Positions 29,655-41,074 of a stretch of 64,000 nt of DNA are shown here, piece by piece. Position 1 is the first letter of the stretch. Every line of letters starts with the position of its first letter. The DNA comes from a virus, in IMG/VR virus record IMGVR_UViG_3300019487_000017, one strand, 5' to 3'. Under the pieces are notes generated by a model. That model was not told the origin of the DNA and made no database searches. It saw only the letters and a list, made by a program, of their open reading frames with translations. A program made the position numbers and the translations under genes.

Positions 29655-31118
29655 TACATAATTATTTGTAATATTTAACTCCGGGAAAGATAAGATGAAC
29701 TTCTTATTTGCGGGCAAGAGGTAAATACTATTATCTTGCTTATAATAGGTTGTCTCAGGATGCGACAGCATTTGAAGATTTCATTGAAAGACGTAAAGCA
29801 AACAAGGAGTCAACATGAGAGATACTTCTATGCGGGAAAAGAAATTTCAAGAAGCCCAAAATGACTTAAAATCTCTGTTTGACTTATGGGAGAAAGTAAA
29901 TGAAAGTATTACTTTTTTGCAAGGGGATTATGACAGAGAATTGATTAAAGAGCCAGAAGTTATTGTAAACGCTATGAGCGATTATGTAAATAACTATGGT
30001 TTTGAACCTCATAAATTTGTAGAACTAATGAGTAGGCAACATAGGAGCTTACAGCAATCTTTTACCAGACTTGTTCTTATGTGGCTCCTGCATCTGTCTC
30101 AATTGGAGGAAGGATATTACGACGGTCGTAATGAGGTTGCCGTAAATATCGCCAAAAAGATTATGAAGGGGCTGGATAAGCACGATGTCAATTTGCCTCT
30201 AATTTAATTTTCTCCTGTCCAAATAATCTGATAAGGAAGAATATCATGAAATTACTTTGGATTCACAATATCACAGTTCAGGTCATTGTTTCAGACGATG
30301 AAGTTGCTACTGAAGAAAAAGCAATTGAAACAGCCAGGACTGTAATAACAGATTTAAGATCGTATGTATCTAGGGCTTATGATTTGAAAGATGCAACTAT
30401 TGCAACTGACCCTAATGAGGTCAAAGAAGTTGAAATTCTTAAGGCGAGATAAATCATGCAGACACTTTGTCCTATTACTGATTGGCAAACATCCATTGTT
30501 GAGAAGGGTCCGTTTAAGGGCAATGAAACTAAGCAACGTTATGTTGCGGCTGCTGATAATTGGTGCTGGATTATCGGGTTACAGCGTAATAAAGAAGATG
30601 CAAATGTAGTTGGTGAAAAGTTTTATGGCAATATGAGACACTTTTTGCCTGCATTGTTTAAGCAAATCTCTCCTGTTGCACCAATTACAGTCGTTAAAGC
30701 ACTCTTGAATAGGATTGGGGTCAAGCAAGAAGTTCCAACAGAATTCACCAGCGAAGCAGAATGCGAGAAGTACGGCAAGAGTTTGGACGACTCATATGGC
30801 ACGAGCTATATGAGAGAGTACCCCCCTACTGTTATGAAGAGAATTTTTAAGTCTGAAGAAAAGGATGAGACATAAGGGGAATACAGGGAAGAGAATGGTG
30901 TGTATGGATTCTTTACTGGAAAATGATCTTAACAAAATATTCGCAGCAGACTGGACAGAGACTCAGTGGAAAGATTATTTAACTGATTTAGATAATCGTC
31001 TAAATGATACTAATAAACCTTTATTAGCCCGTGTAAGGGTTAATGATGCGCTTATTCTTTATCTCCGGCTCCAAAAGTAACTGCAAGACTCAAAAGAGAC
31101 ATTAATTTGGATTAAATC

Positions 31119-31697
31119 ATGTATAGAATTATACCTGGCGATGCAACTAACCCGCAACCTTTGAACAAAGATTCAGAAATCTGGATCCCACACGTTTGTA
31201 ATGATTTGGGATTATGGGGTAGCGGATTTGTAAATGCTATTACTGCACGTTGGGGAGAAAGTGCTAGGACTGCATATATTATGTGGTCTAAAGCATTTAA
31301 GAATACTTCTATCACTCTTTCTGCAACAGATACAGAAATAGTCGGTAATTCATATTTTGTCTTAGGTGGGCATCAAGCTTTAAGAGTTTTAAACTCTCCT
31401 GATAAGATTCATATCTACAATATGATTGCCCAACATGGAGTAAGAGGTGATGATTCTCTCCGTCCACCGATCAGGTATGCAGCATTAGCGGAGTCTATGG
31501 CGTCATTAACGCCACTGCTTAGATCTAACTCTGAAATTCATTGTCCAAAGTTTGGTTCGGACTTGGCTGGTGGCAAATGGGAAGTAATTGAAGCACTAAT
31601 TCATGAATTGTGGGTAGATGAAGGTTACAATGTAACCGTTTACGAATTTCAACCAAAAGTTTCTCCTGAAAATAAAGAAATGCCAAGTTTAGATTAA
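31119..31697 (+). CDS. Macrodomain ADP-ribosylhydrolase (TARG1/DarG-like clade)
   Basis: GDAT, HVCND-G-WGSGF, NMIAQ, HCPKFGSDLAGGKW-IE-LI. Confidence 0.88.
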   Translation: MYRIIPGDATNPQPLNKDSEIWIPHVCNDLGLWGSGFVNAITARWGESARTAYIMWSKAFKNTSITLSATDTEIVGNSYFVLGGHQALRVLNSPDKIHIYNMIAQHGVRGDDSLRPPIRYAALAESMASLTPLLRSNSEIHCPKFGSDLAGGKWEVIEALIHELWVDEGYNVTVYEFQPKVSPENKEMPSLD

Positions 31698-31721
31698 CCT
31701 CAAACAAAAGGAACATAACAT

Positions 31722-32405
31722 ATGTGTACGTCAGCAAATGCACTGCTTATTAGCGAAGTTATTGATGAAATGGTCAATGCAGGTAAGTGTTTTACTGCAT
31801 ATGATGTCACGAAAGAAGCAAAGACTCGTGGCGCAAATGAAAATCACTACCATATGAAAGGTAGTGTTCATTCTCGCTACAGTGATTTGCAGAATTTGGG
31901 ATATGACCGTAGCCTTGTTCAATCCCCAACCGGCAATACTTTTCTTTATCATCCTACTGGCGCTGATATCCAAGCCGAAATCGACCGTATCAACGGTAAT
32001 GCTTCAGCATCTACTGTTCTCCCGTCTCCTAATGCCCCTCAGTCTTCTAATGTAGCTACGCTGTCTAGCAATACGACAACTGTTACCACAGCAAAAACCA
32101 AGAAGAACCAGCCTGTAGATGCAGAAGGACGATTGCCTATTTATGCACCGTTTATCAGCGCATTAGGGTTGAAGACTGGGGATATGGTTGCGGTTTATTC
32201 ACAAGATGGTGTATTGACTGATACTTATCTTTCAGTTGAAAAGTATGATGCTTCTGCAACGTCTACGCCTGTTGCAACTTATACAGTCAACCTAGATGGT
32301 CGAATTAGAATTGGTGAAGAAATTCTTTCAACTTTTCTTCCTAGTTCTAATGGTGTCTATGTTGTCTCAATTGAGAAAAACGAGATTCAAGTTAAATCCA
32401 ATTAA
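31722..32405 (+). CDS. Putative DNA-binding protein with a duplicated AbrB/MraZ-like motif
   Basis: VDAEGRLPI and VNLDGRIRI; S/T-rich linker. Confidence 0.55.
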   Translation: MCTSANALLISEVIDEMVNAGKCFTAYDVTKEAKTRGANENHYHMKGSVHSRYSDLQNLGYDRSLVQSPTGNTFLYHPTGADIQAEIDRINGNASASTVLPSPNAPQSSNVATLSSNTTTVTTAKTKKNQPVDAEGRLPIYAPFISALGLKTGDMVAVYSQDGVLTDTYLSVEKYDASATSTPVATYTVNLDGRIRIGEEILSTFLPSSNGVYVVSIEKNEIQVKSN

Positions 32406-32430
32406 AGAAGTAAAATTGTAAAAATCTCCT

Positions 32431-32475
32431 GCCACTGTGTTTAAGCGAAACTAAACACAGTGGCTTTCTTCTTTT
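32431..32475 (+). terminator. Intrinsic terminator
   Basis: GCCACTGTGTTTA/TAAACACAGTGGC plus T-rich tail. Confidence 0.75.
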
Positions 32476-32794
32476 ATAAGGAAAAACTATGCAATCGCGT
32501 TATAATAAGCGAGTGGCAGAAATTAAGAAGTTGCTTCGTGATAATAACATAGATTTCAAATATAAATCATCTGCAAACAATGATATTGAAGACGATACTG
32601 CATCATTAACTGATGGAAGCGATATTCATTTGCAAATCGACTCTAGAAATGGTGATTGTATTGCTGTAAATCGTTGTTATAATTTAAATACCCCAAAGTT
32701 TTACATGCGTTCTTGGGATATTAATGATAATAGCGAAATTCTTTCTGCAATTGCTCAAGCACGATTAGCAACAACGTAAATAAGGAATAACATT

Positions 32795-33421
32795 ATGGGT
32801 TGGCTTTTTACGGATGGTATTCGGCGTTCTCAACTTATCATGGATCGTGTCCGACCTTGGAAAAATGCTATTAGTTTTAACACCGAAACTAATAGCATTG
32901 GCTATTTAAATAAGGATGATACTCCTGAATATGAAATTCATACAACCTTCCCAAAGTATTGTTATAGGGGCGGGATTCGGGGTGGTTGCCTTTGGAAGAT
33001 TACAGAACAAAAAGTTATTCGTATAGCAACTCAAGAAGTTGTTCATACTGAGCAATTCATTGCATTGGATTTGTTGCGATACTCTAATTATGAGAATAGG
33101 AAGAGTTGGGGATATAAGGATATGACAGAACATAGCGGACCATACTATTATTCTTGTCCTCTATCCTATTTGAAAGAAGTTCCTTGTCCAGAAAATAAAT
33201 ATGCTAAAGATTGGAGAGAAAAAGTTCTCCAGTTAGCAGAAGAAAAGAAAAATGTCTATAAGCCTCATTTAGGCGAAAAGGTTGAGCTTATAGCAGGATG
33301 CAAAATCCGTTGGGTACAGATTCGTTCTGCAAATAGAAAATTGCTTGGCGTTGGTCCTGATGGAGTCTTGTATCGTGTTAAAAAGACACATATTGTTGGT
33401 CCTTGGAAAGAGATAGCATAG
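32795..33421 (+). CDS. DUF6927-like mobile-element protein
   Basis: MGWLF, WGYKDMTE-SGPYYY-CP, A-DWR. Confidence 0.65.
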   Translation: MGWLFTDGIRRSQLIMDRVRPWKNAISFNTETNSIGYLNKDDTPEYEIHTTFPKYCYRGGIRGGCLWKITEQKVIRIATQEVVHTEQFIALDLLRYSNYENRKSWGYKDMTEHSGPYYYSCPLSYLKEVPCPENKYAKDWREKVLQLAEEKKNVYKPHLGEKVELIAGCKIRWVQIRSANRKLLGVGPDGVLYRVKKTHIVGPWKEIA

Positions 33422-34367
33422 GAAAAACAATATATGTCAGAAGAGAATAATATAGATAGGATGATCGCTGTATTATTAGACAATAACATCCCATCTATAA
33501 CAATTCAGGTGACTCCAGAAACTGCAAAGATAGATTACAATTTAAGCAAAGGAATTTCAGTTCAAGCGTTAGCTGAATTAGCGGCTACCTTAATGAAAGT
33601 TTCTCGCGATGCTTTGCAGTTTATGGAAAAAGATGCAGAAGCTGTTAGCGTATCCAAAGAAGATTTTCAACGTCTTGTTGCTGGATTTCTAAACACAGAA
33701 TCTCCAGAACCACCAGAACGTTAAAATATTCTCAAAATAAAACTATTGTGGTTTTATTTATATGTGACAAATTATCACTTTATATGAAAGAGGATTTACT
33801 GTGATTAATGCAATTGCTCCAGAAAATTTGGCTGTTTGCACTGAATTCTCTAAGGATGGAAAGCCTTTGTTTGTATATGCGGCAGAATTTAATTTGCCGT
33901 ATGGGTTGATTTCTGACTCCAGCTGCACTCCGTTACGATGCAATTTGGATGATGAAACAGAAGAACCCTATTGGAGTGGATTTTCTGATGAAGAAGGGGA
34001 TAATCACATCATTATTAACACACCTGAAACAATAGAATCGGATCAGGATTGGATTCGTTTTAGCAGCGTTAACCCTCAGCGCGTTCAAGATTTTATCAAT
34101 GGCATTTGCGCTGTTTTGCATACTTTAAAGGCTCTTACTCCCAAGGAGTAATATGTGGTACGGTCTTTTGTGCGAAAACGTTATTGTTGCCACTCGCTTC
34201 TCTAATCAAGAACCTTTGTTGTTTGAATTCGATTATAATTTAGAATCTGGCTATCAATATTCTGTTTGTAAGATTCAAATTATTGTAACAGAAATATTAC
34301 CGCCTCGTGATTAATTTTTCTCCAGAGCATAAAGTAAAATAAAACTCTCTGTAAAGGAGATATAATA

Positions 34368-35132
34368 ATGTCTACGCCATGCTTTGTTGCTATTCAACGA
34401 GATAATGGGGAATATGGTTCTGTAGTTATTCATTCCGATGGCTATGGAACATATATGGGACCAATGCTTTTGAAGCATTATATAGATCCTGATAAAATTG
34501 AACGTCTTATTGAATTGAAAGATGTTTCAGTTTTTCGAGAACATATCGGACGTAAACATTACTTCCATGATATTATGATGCAGCATAAAATTCCCTGGGA
34601 TATCCAACCACAGAATATTTTTGGTTGGACTACCTTCTATGGAAGGGATAGGGGAGAAAATGTTTCAAACATGAATGAATCCAAATGGAACTCATATACT
34701 GAGTTGATGCGGTTTGCTATGAGCTGGCATACATGGATTTATGTTTTTACTTTGCAGAATGAATGGAAGTTTATCAAGATTGATAATAATATTCCAATTC
34801 CTGCCTTATCATCTTTTAAGAAGTTGAATTTTGAAAACATCTTAAAGGATGAAATTAACCGCGTGACCCCTGAATATAAAAATAGCGTCATTGTATCTTT
34901 ATCTATTGAACTAGGAATTGATAAGAAATCAGTTCTAAAATATGTCAATAGTTCTGATTATAATAAGGAATTAAAGAAGATAAATGATGGACAAAAGCGG
35001 AGAGATAAGGAACAAAAAAAGGAACTAAAGAAAGCGAAAACAGAGGTTGATTATGACCCATCGAATATGCCTTTTATCTTATATGAAACTTTGGAGCAAA
35101 CCAAAGTTGCTTATGCTAAGAGTGGATTCTAA
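34368..35132 (+). CDS. Conserved phage hypothetical protein
   Basis: MST, HSDGY...G-ML-HY, FYGRDRGE. Confidence 0.7.
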   Translation: MSTPCFVAIQRDNGEYGSVVIHSDGYGTYMGPMLLKHYIDPDKIERLIELKDVSVFREHIGRKHYFHDIMMQHKIPWDIQPQNIFGWTTFYGRDRGENVSNMNESKWNSYTELMRFAMSWHTWIYVFTLQNEWKFIKIDNNIPIPALSSFKKLNFENILKDEINRVTPEYKNSVIVSLSIELGIDKKSVLKYVNSSDYNKELKKINDGQKRRDKEQKKELKKAKTEVDYDPSNMPFILYETLEQTKVAYAKSGF

Positions 35133-35199
35133 CTCCTGAAATTTTTGCTGACGAAAAGAATTGATGTAATAAACAAATCTCTTACACAAGGAGTTACTT

Positions 35200-35922
35200 A
35201 TGTCTCTGGCAACAGAGTTGGAAGTTCGTTCCATGCAAATCCCGTCAGAATATAAGGCAACGGATACATTCCGTCCTTTGTCTCACGGCGAAGTTTTGGA
35301 CCTTATCCAAAATGCGTTGTTTGCTTGCGGTCTTGATATCGCTCGCGATGACAATGGAACGTTGCGAAAGCGGTTTACGATTATCGATGGTGGCGCAAAG
35401 ATGTACGGAACTCTTCCGCTGACACAGCGCATTGACAACGATTCTCGTCTCATGGTTGGCTTTGCCAATTCTTGGAACAAGACTCTTGCACTGCGACTTG
35501 GTTTCGGTAGCGAAGTGTTTGTTTGTACCAATGGCTGTTTCTTTGCTGAAAAGGTTATTGGTCGAAAGCATACGCAGAACATTATTGACGACCTCCCGAA
35601 CCTTATCGCTACCGCATTGTCTCAAACGAAGACTTATGTTGAACAGCAAGGTAAGTTCTTCGGTCGCTTGCGAGACGTTCAGTTGAATGATAAGGATGTT
35701 TCGCATTTTGTTGTCCAGTCTGCAATGAAGTATGAATGCATTACTGGCGGCGAAATTATTGACGTTATCTCTGAATGGCGAACTCCGCGATTTGCTGAAT
35801 TTGAACCGCGTACCGCTTGGTCGCTTCATAATGCTTACACTGAGGTTGGCAAGCGAATTCAGGCAAAGAATGGTACAATCCATTCAGAACGTATGGTTCG
35901 TATGTCAACCATGTTTGTTTAG
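35200..35922 (+). CDS. DUF932/DUF945-like phage or plasmid protein
   Basis: PLSH, GFANS, G-EVFVCTNG, RKHT, TAWSLHNAYTE. Confidence 0.75.
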   Translation: MSLATELEVRSMQIPSEYKATDTFRPLSHGEVLDLIQNALFACGLDIARDDNGTLRKRFTIIDGGAKMYGTLPLTQRIDNDSRLMVGFANSWNKTLALRLGFGSEVFVCTNGCFFAEKVIGRKHTQNIIDDLPNLIATALSQTKTYVEQQGKFFGRLRDVQLNDKDVSHFVVQSAMKYECITGGEIIDVISEWRTPRFAEFEPRTAWSLHNAYTEVGKRIQAKNGTIHSERMVRMSTMFV

Positions 35923-37915
35923 ACTTTTGCTACTGACCTCCAGTTGGCAACAAGTTTGAACCAACCTGTTGTTGATGCAGCAGTTGTTCAGTAAATTTAA
36001 CATCGAGGGACAGGGGCTGGGGATTGCTTCACCCAGCTTCTGTCCTTTAAGGAGTATAGTATGATAATTTCTGAACTACCCCATGTTGAAGAATTCTCCA
36101 GGATTGATGGTATAAAACTTTGGGGTAGGGGGATTTACTGGAGGATTAGATACATTATATACCGCACATGGGCTTTTGAATTTGAACAATCAACATGTGC
36201 TGCTTATGATGCCTTCAATGACCCAGAATGGGAAAAAGGCAGAAGAATGCAGGGCAACGTTTAAGAGAAGCTGTTTAGATTTGCCAAAAAATACGGCAGA
36301 TAAAATTTATGCTGTTGTTGAAATTCGTCCATCTGTATCTTTTGAAAAACATGCCGGGGGAGCATGTACAATGCCTGATGAGCAGAATTTTTACGCATGA
36401 TGAAGTTTTGATTAATATGTACCAGCTTGATTTTGATAATAGGGAACCAATTGTAGGTTCTGTAATAGAACATTATCATTTCCCGTTAGAGGGAAGAATT
36501 CACGAATATATCGATATTTTTAGGAAGATGAAATGAAACAGATTACTACAGCAAAGGATCTGGTCGATCTCCTGTTTTTACGCAAGTATTCTGTTGAACT
36601 CCAAAACCTCATTTTCAAAATCAAAAATCTAGCAGAAAATTTGCAAGATGATGAAGTTGTAAGTCAATGCTGGAAACTTGATGAAGAGTTTGCTCAAATT
36701 GGCAAACGTTATAGAAACGCTATGCCTAAAGAACATATTAGTGGAGTGGAAGAAGAAAAGAAACGTCGGGGATATTAAAAAAAACTCCAAAAAGAAAAGT
36801 GTATAATCATGCAATTTGATGTTTTGATTATTGCTCGTGATGGTAAGTGTTTTGTTACTAAACGAGTTACCTCCAGCAATGAGGCAGACTTAGACATGGC
36901 ATTGAACGATTTAACCAATAGTGGTTACGTTATTTTTACAGTTGTCAAGGCTTAAAGGAGATACTATGAGCCAGTTTGCAAGAGAACAACGGGAAAAGTT
37001 TTTGAATCGAAAGAAAAATAACAGTCAAACTGGCGCTGTTTTAGTTTTTAAGCCTGATATTTCTGTTGAGGAAGCAAAGCGTGTTATCGAGGTAATTGCA
37101 CCTTATTTGGATTCGGGAACAATAAAAGAGTTTGACCCTGATATCGGTTATCCAGTTTTCTATGTTCCATAGGAAAGTATTGTCATGCTTAATACAGTAA
37201 GGGAAATCCGTAAGGCTATTAGAGATAATTTGAATTGTAGAGGGGGTGGGGTTTATCTTGCATATCGTAATCTTTCTGAAGATTATTTTAAGCCTTTAAC
37301 AGCATCAAGACTAATGGATGCGAAAACGGTTAAAGGGCAACTTAAAGTACAACTCCTGGAAACTGGTTGTTGGGAAACAATAAGAGAAGGGGATAAAATA
37401 GAGGTAAGATAATGAAAATCAAACTTATCCAACCTGATAATGCTCCTAACTTTTGTTTTGTAGTTCTGAAACAAGTGACTATTGGTAAAAAAGGGAATTT
37501 ACTTAAAAAACCTTTCTTTCCAGATTACAATCATTCTGAATATGAAGAACACTCTACATTCATTCAATCTGACTGGGAGTATCCAGGAACGGCTAGTAAA
37601 TTTGGTTGGGTAGGGGAAGATTCTGATTTATCTGGCGCATATCAGTTTCTATGCGATAATGTTGGTAAAATTGTTGAAGAGTAGATATTATGACAAAAAT
37701 TAAACAATTGATGCAGATTGAGGGATTTGAGAATCTGAACGATTTCATTGAGGAACGAGCAGATGATTCCATTGTTCCTGGTATTTGCACGAATGTTGAA
37801 TGTAATTATACTACCGAAGTTGAACCAGACTGTAGGGAAGGCTATTGTGAAGAGTGTAAAACACAATCGGTTAAATCAGCACTTGTCCTATTAGGCATAA
37901 TGTAGAGGTATTAAA

Positions 37916-38242
37916 ATGAAATCTTTAGATACCATTTATCAAGGTGTTCGTCTTGGCGAAACAACTGCTGATGAAAATGAAATTACGGTAAATGGTAAAG
38001 AACTAAAACTTAAGCCTTCACTAAAATTGCGTAATCATTCTCCCACTGGATTTAATTGGGGATATGAAGGTTCCGGTTGCGCGCAGTTAGCATTAGCAAT
38101 TCTGTATGATTTTACAGGGGACAAAGAATTGTCTCTCCAGCACTATCAAGATTTCAAAAGAGCATTCATTGCTCCAATTTCAAAGAGCATCTGGCATATT
38201 ACTGGTAATCAAATAACCCATTGGCTTGAATCTCAAAAGTAG
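37916..38242 (+). CDS. DUF6166-like protein
   Basis: NHSPTGFNWGYEGSG-AQLALAIL...YQDFK. Confidence 0.75.
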   Translation: MKSLDTIYQGVRLGETTADENEITVNGKELKLKPSLKLRNHSPTGFNWGYEGSGCAQLALAILYDFTGDKELSLQHYQDFKRAFIAPISKSIWHITGNQITHWLESQK

Positions 38243-38579
38243 GTAACATGGCTAAGAAAATTCCTGTTTGCGGTAATCCTGATTGCGCTTGTTCTACTGG
38301 AATTCATGATGGTTTAACGTTTGGATCAGGGGAACTTGATTCTAATGGTTATTGGGAATTCCCTTGTAGAGTTTGTGCTGAAGCATGGGATAAACTTTTG
38401 CCAGAGAGAAAACAAAAAGAAATAGATGAATATAAGGCTAAACATCCTAATGCTACTCCAGAAGAAATTGCAGAACATATGAGATGGCATGCAGATTATT
38501 TACAGCCTGCTTGGCCTTATGCCAAGAAAGAAAAACTTCAAAACACATAAGTTTATCAGAACAAAATATAATAGCATTA

Positions 38580-38612
38580 ATGCTTCCCTAAAAAAGGGAA
38601 GCATTTTTATTT
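38580..38612 (+). terminator. Intrinsic terminator
   Basis: ATGCTTCCC/GGGAAGCAT plus T-tract. Confidence 0.75.
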
Positions 38613-38660
38613 CTCCTGCAAAAACAACTGAATAGAAAGACAATTGAAAGGAAATTAGAT

Positions 38661-39020
38661 ATGTTGATTAAAGATAGTACAAACACTTTTCGAGAATGCG
38701 GTAGGTTTTTTGACTGTAGTACAAGTCATATTACTGAAGAGGATAACCGCCTTCTGATGAATGAATCTTGGGCGCAAGATACGTCTTCACCAGACCATAC
38801 AACTTTCACAATTATATCTTATGGGTATAAAGGTGGATTTTTCATTTATGTTTCAGCAAGTATCCCCTTTGTTGAATCCCTGCAAGAGGATATGCAGAAA
38901 ATGGGATACAGTGATAATCTCTATAAATTGATGCTGAAAGCGGCAGAGCTTGAATGCACATTCCTGCGTTTAGATGCCGATGGCATGAAATATGATGATT
39001 TTGAGCGATTTAATTGGTAA
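38661..39020 (+). CDS. DUF5983-like protein
   Basis: DCSTSHIT-ED, G-FIYV, LRLDADG, F-W end. Confidence 0.6.
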   Translation: MLIKDSTNTFRECGRFFDCSTSHITEEDNRLLMNESWAQDTSSPDHTTFTIISYGYKGGFFIYVSASIPFVESLQEDMQKMGYSDNLYKLMLKAAELECTFLRLDADGMKYDDFERFNW

Positions 39021-39118
39021 TTTAGAGATACATACACAATAATGTATGTTATCTCCTGATTTATTTCTTTCAGTAAACGTAATCATACAATTTAATCTCA
39101 TAGAAAGGAGATTGTTAT

Positions 39119-39877
39119 ATGCGTAAGAGTAAGGGTTTTTCACTTGTAGAATTGCTTGTTGTGATGGGAATCATCTCATTGCTTATTTCCATCCTCCTGC
39201 CCAGTATTTCTCGATCACGAGAATCAGCACGATCCGTTAAGTGCCTGAGTAACCTGCGACAAATTGGACAGGCAACTCAGATGTACTTGCATGAAAATAA
39301 GGGTAGTTTCTTCCTTCGAGCGTTGAATGATGGTCCCAATCCTGATGATAATTATGCAACACTATTCAGGTTTGTTGGGTCTCCAGGTGAAAATCCTTAT
39401 AATGGTAACGCAAACCCTTATAAGTTCGGGGGTAACAAACGATATCTTAACCAGTATTTGAATACCAGCGATACTAACGATCAGGCTGTTTGGATTTGTC
39501 CTACTGACCCTGGTTTGTATAAGTTTACTGGTACATCATATGGTGCCAATCTTTTTGTCAAGAAGACTGCCACTGAACCTGATGTTAAAGGTCTTGCCTT
39601 AGATGATTTGCAGTCTATTAAAGTGACACAAATTAAGAACTCTTCGTCGTTTGTAGTTGCTGCTGAACATGGCGCTAATCAGCTTGCTTGGCTTAATGGT
39701 GGTAGTACGAATGAGCTGGGTAAGATTTCTGGGGTTCAGGTATTAACTCCCGCTGCTATGTTTTGGCACTCTAAGAGTCGTACATGGAATGTGCTTTTTG
39801 CAGATGGTCATTGTGGTGCTGTCGATATTAAAGCAAGCACTTTGTCAACATCTGAATATACTTATAACCGAGAATAA
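39119..39877 (+). CDS. Prepilin-type N-terminal cleavage/methylation protein, DUF1559-type with an H-X(n)-DG C-terminal motif
   Basis: KGFSLVELLVVMGIISLLISILLPS...RESAR-VKC-SNLRQIG, WICP-D, SYG-N, H...NVLFADGH. Confidence 0.92.
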   Translation: MRKSKGFSLVELLVVMGIISLLISILLPSISRSRESARSVKCLSNLRQIGQATQMYLHENKGSFFLRALNDGPNPDDNYATLFRFVGSPGENPYNGNANPYKFGGNKRYLNQYLNTSDTNDQAVWICPTDPGLYKFTGTSYGANLFVKKTATEPDVKGLALDDLQSIKVTQIKNSSSFVVAAEHGANQLAWLNGGSTNELGKISGVQVLTPAAMFWHSKSRTWNVLFADGHCGAVDIKASTLSTSEYTYNRE

Positions 39878-40648
39878 ATATGGAAACGATAAAATATTGG
39901 TTTGATATGATAATCCTATTCTTTTCTTCTGTCTTTGAAGAAATTGCAAAGAAATTAGGATTAGAAGAGAAATACGAAAATTTTAAGTATTGGCTTGATG
40001 GGGATCCCTCCAGAAAGCGTATTGTTGCGGCTGTAATATTGTTCTTTATTTCTCTTTTAGTTTGGATATGGTATTGGTTCTCTGAAATGCCAGACTTATA
40101 AGGGTATATAATGAACAAGTATGTTTGTCGAGCTGAAGCGAGCATTGACGCTGTAAACCTATTTACACAGCTTATTGCAGTTGTACCTCATAGTTTTTCT
40201 TATAAAGCACTTAGTCATCCTATCCCAGGTGGTGGTAAGGTTGAGTTTGAAACAAAAGCTACCTTGGAACAAGTGCGAGAGCTGGTTGCTAATGTAATTG
40301 ATGGTCATGTGATGGTTGAAACATTGCAACCAGCTCACAAATATACAGGCGAACGTATTTCCTCCTGAAGATAATTTCTAGGTATAAATTTTAGAAAGGA
40401 TATTTTATGACCATTAAGATTCTGTCTGATTTAGAATGGGAAGTTGTTGATTCTTTTGATGAAGATAATGAAGTTGCTTTCTCCCATAATGAAGTTATTA
40501 AAGCGAGTGAAGTTTTTGATGTTGATTTAATCCATAATAACGATGATACTGTAAATTTGCAATTTGAGGATGGTTCTATGGTATTTAATATTCCCAAGTC
40601 TGCATATGAAGTTTGCTCCTGAAAATAATCTGCAAATAAAGAGCAAAC

Positions 40649-41074
40649 ATGAATACCAAACAATTCATCTTTGCTGGTAATGCCATTTGGACCATTGACA
40701 ACGGTAAAGGTGAGCATTTCACCTTTAAGGTTATCAAACCCGATGAAGGTACTCCTTTTGAGAGACTTGGCATTTACTTTGTATATGTTTTGAATGGACC
40801 TGATAATACAAAGAATTACGCCTATATGGGCGTTTTTGACACAGTAAATATGTCGCTTAGTACGACAAAAGGTAGCAAAGTTTTTGAGTCTGCTAAATCT
40901 TGGAAAGTTGCGTACTGGGCATTAAATATGGTTTCAAGAGAAATGCCATTTCCTCCTGGATATAGAATTCATCATGAAGGTAAATGCGGAAGATGTGGAA
41001 GAAAATTAACTGTTCCATCTTCTGTCATTTCAGGAATTGGTCCTGAATGTGCCTCAATAATGGGTATCGCATAA
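40649..41074 (+). CDS. Protein with a DUF6011-like zinc finger
   Basis: CGRCGRKLT-P-S...GIGPECA. Confidence 0.75.
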   Translation: MNTKQFIFAGNAIWTIDNGKGEHFTFKVIKPDEGTPFERLGIYFVYVLNGPDNTKNYAYMGVFDTVNMSLSTTKGSKVFESAKSWKVAYWALNMVSREMPFPPGYRIHHEGKCGRCGRKLTVPSSVISGIGPECASIMGIA

